64,000 nt of DNA, taken from an uncultured Solibacteraceae bacterium (GTDB lineage: Bacteria; Acidobacteriota; Terriglobia; Bryobacterales; Bryobacteraceae). Under the pieces are notes generated by a model, which made no database searches, was not told where the DNA came from, and saw only the letters and a program-made list of their open reading frames with translations. A program made the translations under genes and the position numbers. The stretch spans positions 317-64,316 of the forward strand of contig CAYGVJ010000007.1 in the NCBI GenBank assembly GCA_964353255.1, read 5' to 3'. Below, one piece after another: positions 45,082 through 53,794 of this stretch. The stretch's first letter is position 1; each line of letters starts with the position of its first letter.

Positions 45082-45671
45082 AGTTCCAGGGGCGGGAGAA
45101 GCGCGCGCTGGCTGTGCTGGGCGCCGCCGCGGCTCTTTTGGTCTTGCTGGCCCTGGTGCTGCCCGGCCGGGGCGAGCGCGCCAGTGTGGCGGTGCGCGAA
45201 CCCATCCCCGAGGCCGAAAAGCGGCTGGCGCGGCTGCGGCGGCTGGCGGCGGGGGTCCCGGGCAAACAGGAATTGCTCAAGCAGGTTTCGGCTGAGCTGG
45301 CCCAGCGGGAGAAGGGCATAATCCAGGCCGACACCGGCGCCCAGGCCCTGGCGCAGCTCATGGAGCTGCTCCGGCGCGTTGCCAGGGCTCAGGGGCCGCC
45401 GCTGGAGATCAAGACCGCCGAGCTGGGCCAGATCGCCCGTCTGGGTGACGATTACGGGGAAGCCCAACTCAGCGTCACTTTCGAGTGTCGCATCGAGGAG
45501 CTGCTGAACCTGCTGGCAGACTTGACCAAACAGCCGGAGATCGTTGCCACCAGGGAGATTCGCGTAGCTACGAGCAACTCGAAGGAAAAGACTCTCAATG
45601 TCCGGCTGACGGTATCCGGTGTGGTGGCGCGCCGGCTGGTGCCGGAGAAGAAAGGGCTGGCCTCGTTTTGA
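45078..45671 (+). CDS. GspM/PilO-like assembly protein
   Basis: ATGA overlap; N-terminal TM, coiled coil, C-terminal alpha/beta domain; position after the gspL-like gene. Confidence 0.5.
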   Translation: MKFQGREKRALAVLGAAAALLVLLALVLPGRGERASVAVREPIPEAEKRLARLRRLAAGVPGKQELLKQVSAELAQREKGIIQADTGAQALAQLMELLRRVARAQGPPLEIKTAELGQIARLGDDYGEAQLSVTFECRIEELLNLLADLTKQPEIVATREIRVATSNSKEKTLNVRLTVSGVVARRLVPEKKGLASF

Positions 45672-46393
45672 AGAAGAAGCTGACGCTGCTGAATCTGGCG
45701 CTGGTAGCGCTGATCGTTCTGGCAGGCTGGCGGGCGCGGCAGTCCTGGCTGGGAGCTCAGGAGCGCGAGCAGGCTCTGTTGCGGGCTTCGCAGAAGGCCC
45801 CGCTGCTGCCCCCGCCGCTGGCGTCGCTGCCGGCCGTGGAGCCGGTTTCGGCCGCGGGCTACCTGGGCGTGGCGGAGAAGATGCTCTTCGCGCCCGACCG
45901 CAATCCGACCGTGATCCTGGAACCGGTCAAGCCCAAGCCTATGCCGCCCCTGCCGGTGGCCTATGGCGTGGTGAATCTCGGCGATGGTCCCATGGCCATC
46001 TTGAGTGAGAAGTCCGGCAGCCCCAACCGGGCGTTTCGGGCCGGCGATACGATCGGTGAGTTCAAACTGGTGGCGGTCAACGCAGAGGAGCTGGTTTTCG
46101 AATGGGAAGGCCAGAAGGTCGCCAAAAAGATGGAGGAGCTCCGCGAACGAGCTGCGAGTGAGACTTCCAGTGGCGCCGAGGCTGCCGCGCGCGCGCCGAG
46201 CCCGCCTCCGCCGCCCGTGCAGGCGCAGGCACCGGTGTCGGAAAGACCGCTCGGGCCGGGCGAGTCCGCCGGTGGAGTGCGGGTCTGCCAGCCCGGCGAT
46301 AGCTCGCCCCCAGGCACGGTGGTTGACGGATTCCGCAAGGTGGTTTCCGTGACGCCGTTTGGCCGTGTCTGCCGCTGGGAGCCGGCGCAATAG
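45668..46393 (+). CDS. GspC/PilP-like periplasmic protein (bitopic)
   Basis: TTG start overlapping the upstream stop. TM LTLLNLALVALIVLAG. Beta-rich core GDTIGEFKLVAVNAEELVFEWEG resembles the PilP/GspC HR domain. Pro-rich linker. Confidence 0.4.
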   Translation: MKKKLTLLNLALVALIVLAGWRARQSWLGAQEREQALLRASQKAPLLPPPLASLPAVEPVSAAGYLGVAEKMLFAPDRNPTVILEPVKPKPMPPLPVAYGVVNLGDGPMAILSEKSGSPNRAFRAGDTIGEFKLVAVNAEELVFEWEGQKVAKKMEELRERAASETSSGAEAAARAPSPPPPPVQAQAPVSERPLGPGESAGGVRVCQPGDSSPPGTVVDGFRKVVSVTPFGRVCRWEPAQ

Positions 46394-46426
46394 CGGCGAC
46401 GACGGCAAGGAAGGAGTGTTGGACCC

Positions 46427-46852
46427 ATGAAACTGGCTGTACTGGCGCTGGCGCTGATGGCGCCGCTGGCATTCGCGGGCGCCGAGCAAAAGAAGAAATC
46501 GCCTGCTGCGCCGCCTCCGGCCAAGGAGACCGTGATCCCCAAAGAGGCCAAGCAGATCGAGCCTTACACCTACCGTTACACCGACGCGCAGGGCAAGATC
46601 TGGATCTATCGCAAAACGCCCTTCGGCGTCGTGCGCCTCCCGGAGCCGCCGCCGGAGGCCAAGCCGGTCGAGGAGATTCCCGAGGGCATGAAGGCGGCCG
46701 AAGACGGAGATAGCATCCGCTTCGAGCGGCCCACGCCCTTCGGCAAGCATCGCTGGACCCGCAAGAAGTCCGAGCTGACGGAACTGGAGCGCAGGGTCTG
46801 GGAGCGGGAGCGCCAGAAAAGCGCCCCCGCCAAATCCAATCCGCAGGAGTAA
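46427..46852 (+). CDS. Small exported Lys/Glu/Pro-rich protein immediately upstream of the secretin (pilotin-like position)
   Basis: Signal peptide MKLAVLALALMAPLAFAGA. Two TPFG motifs. 141 aa. Confidence 0.5.
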   Translation: MKLAVLALALMAPLAFAGAEQKKKSPAAPPPAKETVIPKEAKQIEPYTYRYTDAQGKIWIYRKTPFGVVRLPEPPPEAKPVEEIPEGMKAAEDGDSIRFERPTPFGKHRWTRKKSELTELERRVWERERQKSAPAKSNPQE

Positions 46853-46857
46853 GTGGA

Positions 46858-49134
46858 ATGAGAAAATCGCTGATTTGCCGTAGCGTGGTTGGCATTGCGC
46901 TGGTGGGGGGGCTGGCGGCCCAGCCGCCATCGCAGCCGCCCAGAGTGGTCCCGCCGCCCGGATTCGGGCCGTCACCCTCCTCGCTGTCTTCAGAGGCGCA
47001 GGCGGCGAAGCCGGCCGAGCCCGCGCCGGCCAAACCCGAGGCGGCCAAGCCTCCCGTTTCCCCAGCCACAATAACGCAGACCGCCTCCGGCGATTTCATC
47101 CTCAACCTTCAGAACGCCTCGCTGGTTGACGTCATCGACATCCTGGCGCGGCGGTTGAGGATCAACTACATCCTCGATGCGGGGGTCAAGGGCAGCGTCA
47201 CGATCAACACCTACGGCGAGATCAAGCAGATCGAGGTGCGCCCGCTGCTGGAAACCATTCTGCGGATCAACAACGCGGCCATGGTGCAGGTGGGCGAACT
47301 GTATCGCATCGTCCCGGTCAACCAGGTCTCCCGGCTGCCGATGAGCCCGCAGATCGACCCCAAGAGCTTTCCGGAAGACGAGCGGATGATCCTGAACCTC
47401 ATCTTCCTGAAGTACGCCACGGTGGCGGAGTTGTCCAAGCTGGTTGAGCCGTTCCTGGGCGAAGGGGCCAAGACCGTCGCCTACGATCCAGCCAACCTGT
47501 TCATCATCCTGGACAACGCCCGGAACATGAGACGCACCATGGAGCTGATCGCGTTGTTCGACAGCGACGCGCTGGCCGGGCAGCGGGTGCGGCTGCTCGA
47601 GGTCAAGAACAGCCGGCCCTCGGACATCGCCAAGGAGCTGGAATCGGTACTGAAGGCCGTCACCCTGGCGGACAAGGCCAGCGCGGTCAAGTTCCTCCCC
47701 ATCGACCGGATCAACACTCTGGTCGCCATCGCTCCGAACCCTGGGGTCTTCGAGCAGGTCGAGACCTGGCTGAAAAAGCTGGATGTGACGGTTTCCAGCA
47801 GCGCCGGGACGGTCAACAACTACGTTTATCGCGTCAAATACGGCCGGGCGGAGACCATGGCCGGGGCCATCATGCAGCTCTACTTCGGCAGCATGGGGAT
47901 GGGTTACCTGGGCTACGGCATGGGCGGCTCCGGCATGGGCGGCTCCGGCATGGGCGGTTACGGCATGGGGGGCTACGGCATGGGGGGCTACGGCATGGGG
48001 GGCTACGGCATGGGCGGTTACGGCGTCGCATCTCCGGGCTACGGGGGAATGATGCCTGGTCAGGGCCTGAGCATGCCGACTTCCTCGGTCACTGGCTACA
48101 GCCCTTCAGGCTTGGTTTCGGGCCAGGCAAGCGCGGGCGGCGGCGCCACCGCCGCCGGGACCGGCGCGCTGCGCGCGGGCACCGACCTTACGGGTTCCTA
48201 CCTGGGCTACGGCGGCGGCTACATGATGCCCGCCAGCCCGCGCATCGTCCCTAATCCTTTCGACAGCACGCTGCTGATTCAGGCCACCCGGCAGGAGTAC
48301 GATCAGATACTAAAGCTGCTCAAGGAACTCGACGTTTCCCCGCGCCAGGTCCTCATCCAGGCCAAGATCTACGAGGTTAATCTCACCGGCGCCTTCGCCA
48401 GCGGCGTGGGAGCCTTCCTGCAAAAGATAAGCGGGGCCGAGCGTCAGCTCGCCGGCTCTTTCAACTCCTCCGGCAACATCGGCGTTTCCCTCAGCACGGG
48501 AATGCTGGTGGGGCAGAGCCGGCAGTTGCTGGCATTTCTGACCGCGCAAGAGGACAACCGCCGCGCCAAGGTGATCTCAGCGCCGAGCGTTATCGCCACC
48601 GACAGCATCGCTGCTTCCATCACTGTGGGCAGCGAGGTGCCGACCCTGGCGTCTCAGGCGGTGGCCGGCGGCCTTCAGGTCGGCGGCAACAGCCTGTTCG
48701 CCAACACCGTTCAGAGCCGGCAGACCGGGGTGACCTTGGACATAACCGCGCGCGTGAACCCCAGCGGCATCGTCACGCTGATGATCAATCAGGAGGTCAG
48801 TGCCCCGCAGGCGCCGGCGGCGAGCGCCGCCATTCAGTCGCCCTCCTTCTCCCGCCGCCAGGTGCACACCCAGGTGACGGTCCAGGACGGCGACACCATT
48901 GCCATTGGCGGCATCATCAACGAGTCGGACACTTACAGCACCAACGGCATTCCCATCCTGCACCGGCTGCCGGGCATCGGGGCTTTGTTCGGGAACAAGT
49001 CGATCAGCAAGGAGCGGACCGAGCTGGTGATCTTCATGACCGCACGGGTCATCTACGACACCAACGAGATCACCGAGGCCAGCGACGAGATCCGGAGCGG
49101 CTTCCGGCGTTTGCAGAAGCTGTTCCGAGAATAG
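46858..49134 (+). CDS. gspD: Secretin (GspD/PilQ family) with an internal Gly/Tyr/Met repeat insertion
   Basis: N0/N1-type domains (LQNASLVDVIDILARRLRINYILD), secretin core (VLIQAKIYEVNL, ISAPSVIATDS, VQDGDTIAIGGI, IPILHRLPGIGALFG). Confidence 0.9.
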   Translation: MRKSLICRSVVGIALVGGLAAQPPSQPPRVVPPPGFGPSPSSLSSEAQAAKPAEPAPAKPEAAKPPVSPATITQTASGDFILNLQNASLVDVIDILARRLRINYILDAGVKGSVTINTYGEIKQIEVRPLLETILRINNAAMVQVGELYRIVPVNQVSRLPMSPQIDPKSFPEDERMILNLIFLKYATVAELSKLVEPFLGEGAKTVAYDPANLFIILDNARNMRRTMELIALFDSDALAGQRVRLLEVKNSRPSDIAKELESVLKAVTLADKASAVKFLPIDRINTLVAIAPNPGVFEQVETWLKKLDVTVSSSAGTVNNYVYRVKYGRAETMAGAIMQLYFGSMGMGYLGYGMGGSGMGGSGMGGYGMGGYGMGGYGMGGYGMGGYGVASPGYGGMMPGQGLSMPTSSVTGYSPSGLVSGQASAGGGATAAGTGALRAGTDLTGSYLGYGGGYMMPASPRIVPNPFDSTLLIQATRQEYDQILKLLKELDVSPRQVLIQAKIYEVNLTGAFASGVGAFLQKISGAERQLAGSFNSSGNIGVSLSTGMLVGQSRQLLAFLTAQEDNRRAKVISAPSVIATDSIAASITVGSEVPTLASQAVAGGLQVGGNSLFANTVQSRQTGVTLDITARVNPSGIVTLMINQEVSAPQAPAASAAIQSPSFSRRQVHTQVTVQDGDTIAIGGIINESDTYSTNGIPILHRLPGIGALFGNKSISKERTELVIFMTARVIYDTNEITEASDEIRSGFRRLQKLFRE
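47911..48024 (+). repeat. Tandem 15-nt coding repeat (about 7.5 units, consensus GGCTACGGCATGGGG, encoding GYGMG/GSGMG)
   Basis: Direct reading of 47911-48024. In frame within the secretin gene. Confidence 0.9.
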
Positions 49135-49290
49135 GACCGCTGGCCACCGCAAAGGTCCGCGCCCCAACTGCCGATATGCTTGGTGCGTGGCTTCGCAGGG
49201 ACCACTGCGCCAGGCTGGCGGCCCGCCTTTGAGACCCAACCCGCCACGAGCCGGCAGCGCCCCGGATGCCCGCGGACGGGAACCTAGCCC

Positions 49291-50508
49291 ATGGTCAAGG
49301 TGCTGCTGGTCGAGGACAACTCTGGGGATGCGGAACTGGTGCAGGAGATGCTCGCCGAGGCCGAAGGCGCTCCCTTCACCATCCTGTGGTCCGCCTCGCT
49401 TTGGGCCGGTCTGGACCGCCTGGCCGAGGAACAGGTGGACGTAGTCCTGTTGGATCTGTTTCTGCCGGATTGCCACGGGCTGGAAACCTTCACCGCCTTG
49501 CGCGCCCACGCGCCGGGCGTGCCCGTGGTGGTGCTCACCGGCCTGGACAGCGAGGCAGTGGCGATGGCCGCGGTGCGCGAGGGCGCCCAGGACTATTTGG
49601 TCAAGGGCAAGCTGGAGAGTGAGTCTCTGGTGCGGGCGCTGCGCTACGCCTTGGTCCGGCACTCCAAGCAGGCGGAGCCGGCCTCGCCGGAGGAGCGCCG
49701 GCAGGCGGGCATGGTGGGCCTGCTGGGCGCCAAGGGCGGCGTGGGCGTCACTACCCTGGCCTGCCATCTGGCCCTGGAGCTGCGCCGCCAGGCTGACGAG
49801 GGCGTCCTGGTGGTGGATCTGGACCTGAACGCCGGCTTGCTGGGTTTCCTGCTGAAGGCCAGCGCGTCGTTCTCGATCCTGGACGCGGTCAAGAACATCC
49901 TGCGGCTGGATGTGGAGGGGTGGAAGAGCATGGTATCGTCCGGCACCGGAGGCCTGAAGTTGCTCCCCGCTCCGAGCGCGGCGCCCCTGGAGGAACTGCC
50001 CCCGGCGGGCAGGATCTGCCACGTGCTGCGCTTCGCCCGGCTGCATTACCGCTGGATCGTGGCTGACCTGGGGCGGCTCACGGCTTTCTCCGTCAAGCTT
50101 CTCAAGGAGTTCGACGAGTTGCTCCTGGTTACCACCGATGATGTGACCGCGTTGCGCGAGGCCCTGCGTGCCGGCCGGCAGATCCTGGACAGCGGCTTCC
50201 CGGCGGAGCACCTGCGGCTGGTCCTCGACGGGGCGCCCCGATCGCTGGATATTCCGGTCAACGACGTCGAGCAGGTGGTGGGCCTGCCGGTCTACGCCGT
50301 GCTTCCGGAAGACGGCCGGCAGTTGCGCAAGGCCGGCCTACGCGGCGAGCTGCTGGCCGAGGACAGCGCCTTGCGTCAAAGCATCGCCCGCCTGGCCGCC
50401 CGCCTGGCGGGCGCCGCCGACCAGCCGGGGGAGGCCAAGTCGCGCCGGACGGGCTGGGACCTGAGGAGAATCGTGCGCTGGGGAGCGAATCGCGGCGCGC
50501 CGGCTTGA
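49291..50508 (+). CDS. Response-regulator receiver fused to a CpaE/TadZ-like (ParA/MinD superfamily) ATPase domain
   Basis: REC: VLLVEDNSGD, DVVLLDLFLPD, VVVLTG, DYLVKG. Deviant P-loop region GLLGAKGGVGVTTLA. Confidence 0.75.
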   Translation: MVKVLLVEDNSGDAELVQEMLAEAEGAPFTILWSASLWAGLDRLAEEQVDVVLLDLFLPDCHGLETFTALRAHAPGVPVVVLTGLDSEAVAMAAVREGAQDYLVKGKLESESLVRALRYALVRHSKQAEPASPEERRQAGMVGLLGAKGGVGVTTLACHLALELRRQADEGVLVVDLDLNAGLLGFLLKASASFSILDAVKNILRLDVEGWKSMVSSGTGGLKLLPAPSAAPLEELPPAGRICHVLRFARLHYRWIVADLGRLTAFSVKLLKEFDELLLVTTDDVTALREALRAGRQILDSGFPAEHLRLVLDGAPRSLDIPVNDVEQVVGLPVYAVLPEDGRQLRKAGLRGELLAEDSALRQSIARLAARLAGAADQPGEAKSRRTGWDLRRIVRWGANRGAPA

Positions 50509-50536
50509 GGACCGGCGGTGTGGATTCATTGCGGGG

Positions 50537-52075
50537 GTGACCCTGTCAGAAGGTGCCGGCATGCACCTGCCCGAGAATGAGAAGACCGGAGTCCTGGTGG
50601 TCGGCGGGGACGCCGACCAGGCTGGATTCCTGACCGAGCTGCTGGCCCGCGTCCAGGGCGCGCCTTTTCGGGTCCACTGCGTGGAGCGGCCCCCGATCGC
50701 GCGGGAGCGGTCCGCGCAGGGCGGCATCGATGCTGTGCTGCTGATTCTGCCGGCGTCCAGCGCGCTGGCGCGGGACGCCGTGCACGAGTTGCGCGCGCAA
50801 GCCCCGCGGGCGCCGGTCCTTCTGCTGGCCGAACGCGAAGACGAGGCCCTGGCCGTCAGGTTGCTCCGCGAGGGGGCCGAGGACTTCCTGGTGCGGCCGC
50901 AGGTGTCCGGGCCGGCGCTGGCGCGCGTCATCCGCCGGGCCATCGAACGACATCGGCTGCGGGAAGTGGCCGTGGCCGCCAGCCGGGAGTTCGAAAGGCA
51001 GCGCAAAGAGCGCCGGCGCGCCGAGGAGGTCCTCAACAACTTCTTCGTACTGGCGGTCGAGCCGCTCTGCATCATCGGGTTCGATGGCCGCTTCCGGTGC
51101 CTCAACCCAGCCTGGGAAGCCTTGGTCGGCGCCAGCTTGCAGCAACTGATGGAGACTCCTTTTCTCGAGCTGGTTCATCCGGAGGACCGTGGCGCGACAG
51201 CCGAGGAGTTCCGGCAACTGCTGGCCGGCGCCCAGACGCGGGCCTTCGAGAACCGCTGCCTGGCCCAGGACGGCTCCGCCCGGTGGTTGCTGTGGAAAGC
51301 GGCTTCCTCCCCCGAGGAAAAGCTGGTCTACGCCGCGGTGCACGACATCACCGTACGCAAGCAGGCCGAAGAAGCCCTGGCGCGTTCCAACGCGGAGCTG
51401 GAACGGTTCGCTTACGTGGCCTCGCACGACCTTCAGGAGCCGCTGCGCATGGTGGCCAGCTACACCGGGCTGCTGGCCCGGCGCTATCGGGGCCGGCTCG
51501 ACGAGCGCGCCGACCGTTGGATCGCCTACGCGGTGGACGGCGCCAGGCGGATGCAGGAACTCATCCACGATCTGCTGGCCTACTCCCGGGCGCAGGCGGA
51601 GGCCGGCGTTCTCAAGCCCGCCAGCCTGGAGGCCGCCTTCGACACCGCGGTCGGCAACGTGCGCGCGGCGGTGGAAGAAACCAGCGCCACCATCACCCAC
51701 GATCTGCTGCCCACGCTGGCGGCCCGGCCCGGCCAGTTGGTCCAACTGTTTCAGAACCTGCTCAGCAACGCCCTCAAGTTCCGCGGCCAGGACCCGCCCC
51801 GCATCCAGGTTTCGGCCCAACCTCAAGGCGACCACTGGCTGTTCGCGGTCCGCGACAACGGCGTGGGCTTCGATCCGCAGGACAGCGAAAGAATCTTCCA
51901 GTTGTTCGAACGCCGGCACGACAAGCGCCTCTACCCCGGCACCGGCCTGGGACTGGCCATCTGCCAGCGGATCGTGGAAGCGCACGGGGGCCGCATCTGG
52001 GCCGAGTCCGGCCGGGGCGCGGGCGCCACTTTCTATTTCACCCTGCCCGCGATGGAAGAGGAAGCTGCCGCATGA
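50537..52075 (+). CDS. Cytoplasmic sensor histidine kinase: pseudo-receiver, PAS, HisKA, HATPase_c
   Basis: H-box FAYVASHDLQEPLR, N-box LLSNALKF, G1 RDNGVGF, G2 GTGLGLAICQ. PAS core between residues ~165-285. The N-terminal REC-like fold lacks the acceptor Asp (DAVLLIL). Confidence 0.85.
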   Translation: MTLSEGAGMHLPENEKTGVLVVGGDADQAGFLTELLARVQGAPFRVHCVERPPIARERSAQGGIDAVLLILPASSALARDAVHELRAQAPRAPVLLLAEREDEALAVRLLREGAEDFLVRPQVSGPALARVIRRAIERHRLREVAVAASREFERQRKERRRAEEVLNNFFVLAVEPLCIIGFDGRFRCLNPAWEALVGASLQQLMETPFLELVHPEDRGATAEEFRQLLAGAQTRAFENRCLAQDGSARWLLWKAASSPEEKLVYAAVHDITVRKQAEEALARSNAELERFAYVASHDLQEPLRMVASYTGLLARRYRGRLDERADRWIAYAVDGARRMQELIHDLLAYSRAQAEAGVLKPASLEAAFDTAVGNVRAAVEETSATITHDLLPTLAARPGQLVQLFQNLLSNALKFRGQDPPRIQVSAQPQGDHWLFAVRDNGVGFDPQDSERIFQLFERRHDKRLYPGTGLGLAICQRIVEAHGGRIWAESGRGAGATFYFTLPAMEEEAAA

Positions 52076-52533
52076 AGGGCACGCAACTAGGCCGGCCCGT
52101 CGAGATTCTCCTGGTGGAGGACAACCCCGGGGACGTCGAACTCACCATAGAGGCGTTCCAGGAGGCCCGGCTGCTGAATCACGTCAGCGTGGCCCGCGAC
52201 GGGCAGCAGGCCATCGATTTCCTGCGCCGGGCGGGACCCTATGCCCGGGCGCCCCGCCCGGACCTGATTCTGCTGGACTTGAACCTGCCCCAGCGCCATG
52301 GTTACGAGGTGCTCAAGGAAGTCAAGCGGGATCCGGGACTGGCCCGCATTCCGGTGTTGATCCTGACTTCCTCGCAAGCCGAGCGCGACGTCGCGGAGAG
52401 CTATTCGCTCCACGCCAACTGTTTTGTCTCCAAGCCCCTGGAGGTGGAGGAGTTTCTTTCGGTAGTAAAGTCGATCACCGAGTTTTGGCTCGCTGTGGTG
52501 AGGCTGCCGCTGGGCGATGAAACCAGAGCATGA
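52072..52533 (+). CDS. Stand-alone response regulator (receiver only)
   Basis: ILLVEDNPGD, DLILLDLNLP, VLILTSS and SKP motifs. ATGA overlap with the kinase stop. Confidence 0.85.
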   Translation: MKGTQLGRPVEILLVEDNPGDVELTIEAFQEARLLNHVSVARDGQQAIDFLRRAGPYARAPRPDLILLDLNLPQRHGYEVLKEVKRDPGLARIPVLILTSSQAERDVAESYSLHANCFVSKPLEVEEFLSVVKSITEFWLAVVRLPLGDETRA

Positions 52534-53710
52534 GAAGACCGTAGTCCTGCTGGTGGCGGATCGTCTCGGAGAGGCGGAGTTCTTTCGCCAGACGCTGGCC
52601 GCGGCCGAGGGCTCTGGCTTCCAGGTTGAGTGCGCTGAGCGGCTCTCGGAGGCCCTGGCCCGCGCGAGGCAGGGAGACATCGACGTGGTCCTGCTGGAGT
52701 TGTCCCTGCCGGACAGCTCCGGCTTGGAGACCTTCCTCAAGATGCAGGCCGCGGCGCCGCAACTGCCCGTGGTGATCCTGGCCGACGCCGCCGGCGAGAA
52801 GCTGGCCTTCAGCGCGCTGCGCCAGGGCGCGCAAGATTATCTGCTCACAGGACGCGGCCCGGCAAGCCTGATTGTGCGGTCGCTCAGGAATGCTATCGAG
52901 CGGCACCGCTCGGTGGTCCAGGCGCCGCCCGGGCGGTCCAGGGGCGCCAGGCAGGCTGGGCGCGTGGTGGCCTTCCTCGGCGTCAAGGGGGGCGTGGGCG
53001 CCACCACCGTGGCTTTGAACGTGGCCACCGTACTGGCCGGCCGGCACTCGGTGGTAGCGGTGGAGCTGCGGGGCGGATTCGGCGCCTTCGCGCCGCACCT
53101 AGGCCAGCGCGAGCCGGTCGAGAACCTGGGCAGCCTTTGGGCGCTGGATCCGGACCAGTTGGACGAGCGGGACCTGGCCCGGCGCCTGGTCAGCCTTCCC
53201 TCGGGGTTGCGTGTGATGTTCGGTCCCCAGCGGGCCTCCGAGTGCCGGGAAGTCACGTCCGGGCACGCCGCGGCGCTCATTCACAGGCTGGCCGACTTGG
53301 CCGAGTGCCAGGTTTTGGATCTGCCGGCCTTTCCCTGCGCCGCCAACCGCGCCGCGGCGCGTTGCTCTCAACTGCTGGCGCTGGTGGTGGAGCGGGAGCC
53401 GGGCGCGGTGTTGGCCGCCGGGCAGATGCTGGAGCTGCTGCGGTCCTGGAACGCTACCCAGGGGCTGATCGGCGTCGTGATCGTCAACCGCACTTCGCTG
53501 GCAGCGCCCATGCCGCTCCACGAGATCACCGCGCAGCTCGGCTCCGCCCTACTGGGGGTGATCCCGCCCGCGCCGGACCTGTGCGCCAAAGCTTTGCACG
53601 CGGGAACGCTGGCGGTGCTCCTGGAGCCGGACAGCATGCTGGCCGGCAGCTTCCGTGCGCTGGCGGAAAAACTGGAGCCCGCAGCCATGCTAGCGCCGCC
53701 CCGCCCCTGA
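52517..53710 (+). CDS. Second receiver-like / CpaE/TadZ-like ATPase fusion (acceptor position is Glu)
   Basis: REC-like VVLLVADRLGE, DVVLLELSLPD, DYLLTG. P-loop region AFLGVKGGVGATTVA. Paralogous in layout to 49291-50508. Confidence 0.75.
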   Translation: MKPEHEKTVVLLVADRLGEAEFFRQTLAAAEGSGFQVECAERLSEALARARQGDIDVVLLELSLPDSSGLETFLKMQAAAPQLPVVILADAAGEKLAFSALRQGAQDYLLTGRGPASLIVRSLRNAIERHRSVVQAPPGRSRGARQAGRVVAFLGVKGGVGATTVALNVATVLAGRHSVVAVELRGGFGAFAPHLGQREPVENLGSLWALDPDQLDERDLARRLVSLPSGLRVMFGPQRASECREVTSGHAAALIHRLADLAECQVLDLPAFPCAANRAAARCSQLLALVVEREPGAVLAAGQMLELLRSWNATQGLIGVVIVNRTSLAAPMPLHEITAQLGSALLGVIPPAPDLCAKALHAGTLAVLLEPDSMLAGSFRALAEKLEPAAMLAPPRP

Positions 53711-53794
53711 CCAGTTCACTGCCAGGAGTATCCCGGTGGCCCTAATGCGGGGCCGCCTCGGCGCCGATAGACGGTGCAGAGGCAGTGTCGCAGG

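Noticed and set aside
47911-48024. Possible CRISPR-like or minisatellite array
   Set aside because: The units are 15 nt, contiguous with no spacers, and in frame inside the secretin gene. It is a coding tandem repeat, reported as such.
48577-50211. 544-aa minus-strand ORF, and 50546-51985 (479 aa, minus strand)
   Set aside because: They are antisense to the secretin/REC-ParA genes and the histidine kinase respectively. Long open antisense frames are expected at this G+C content.
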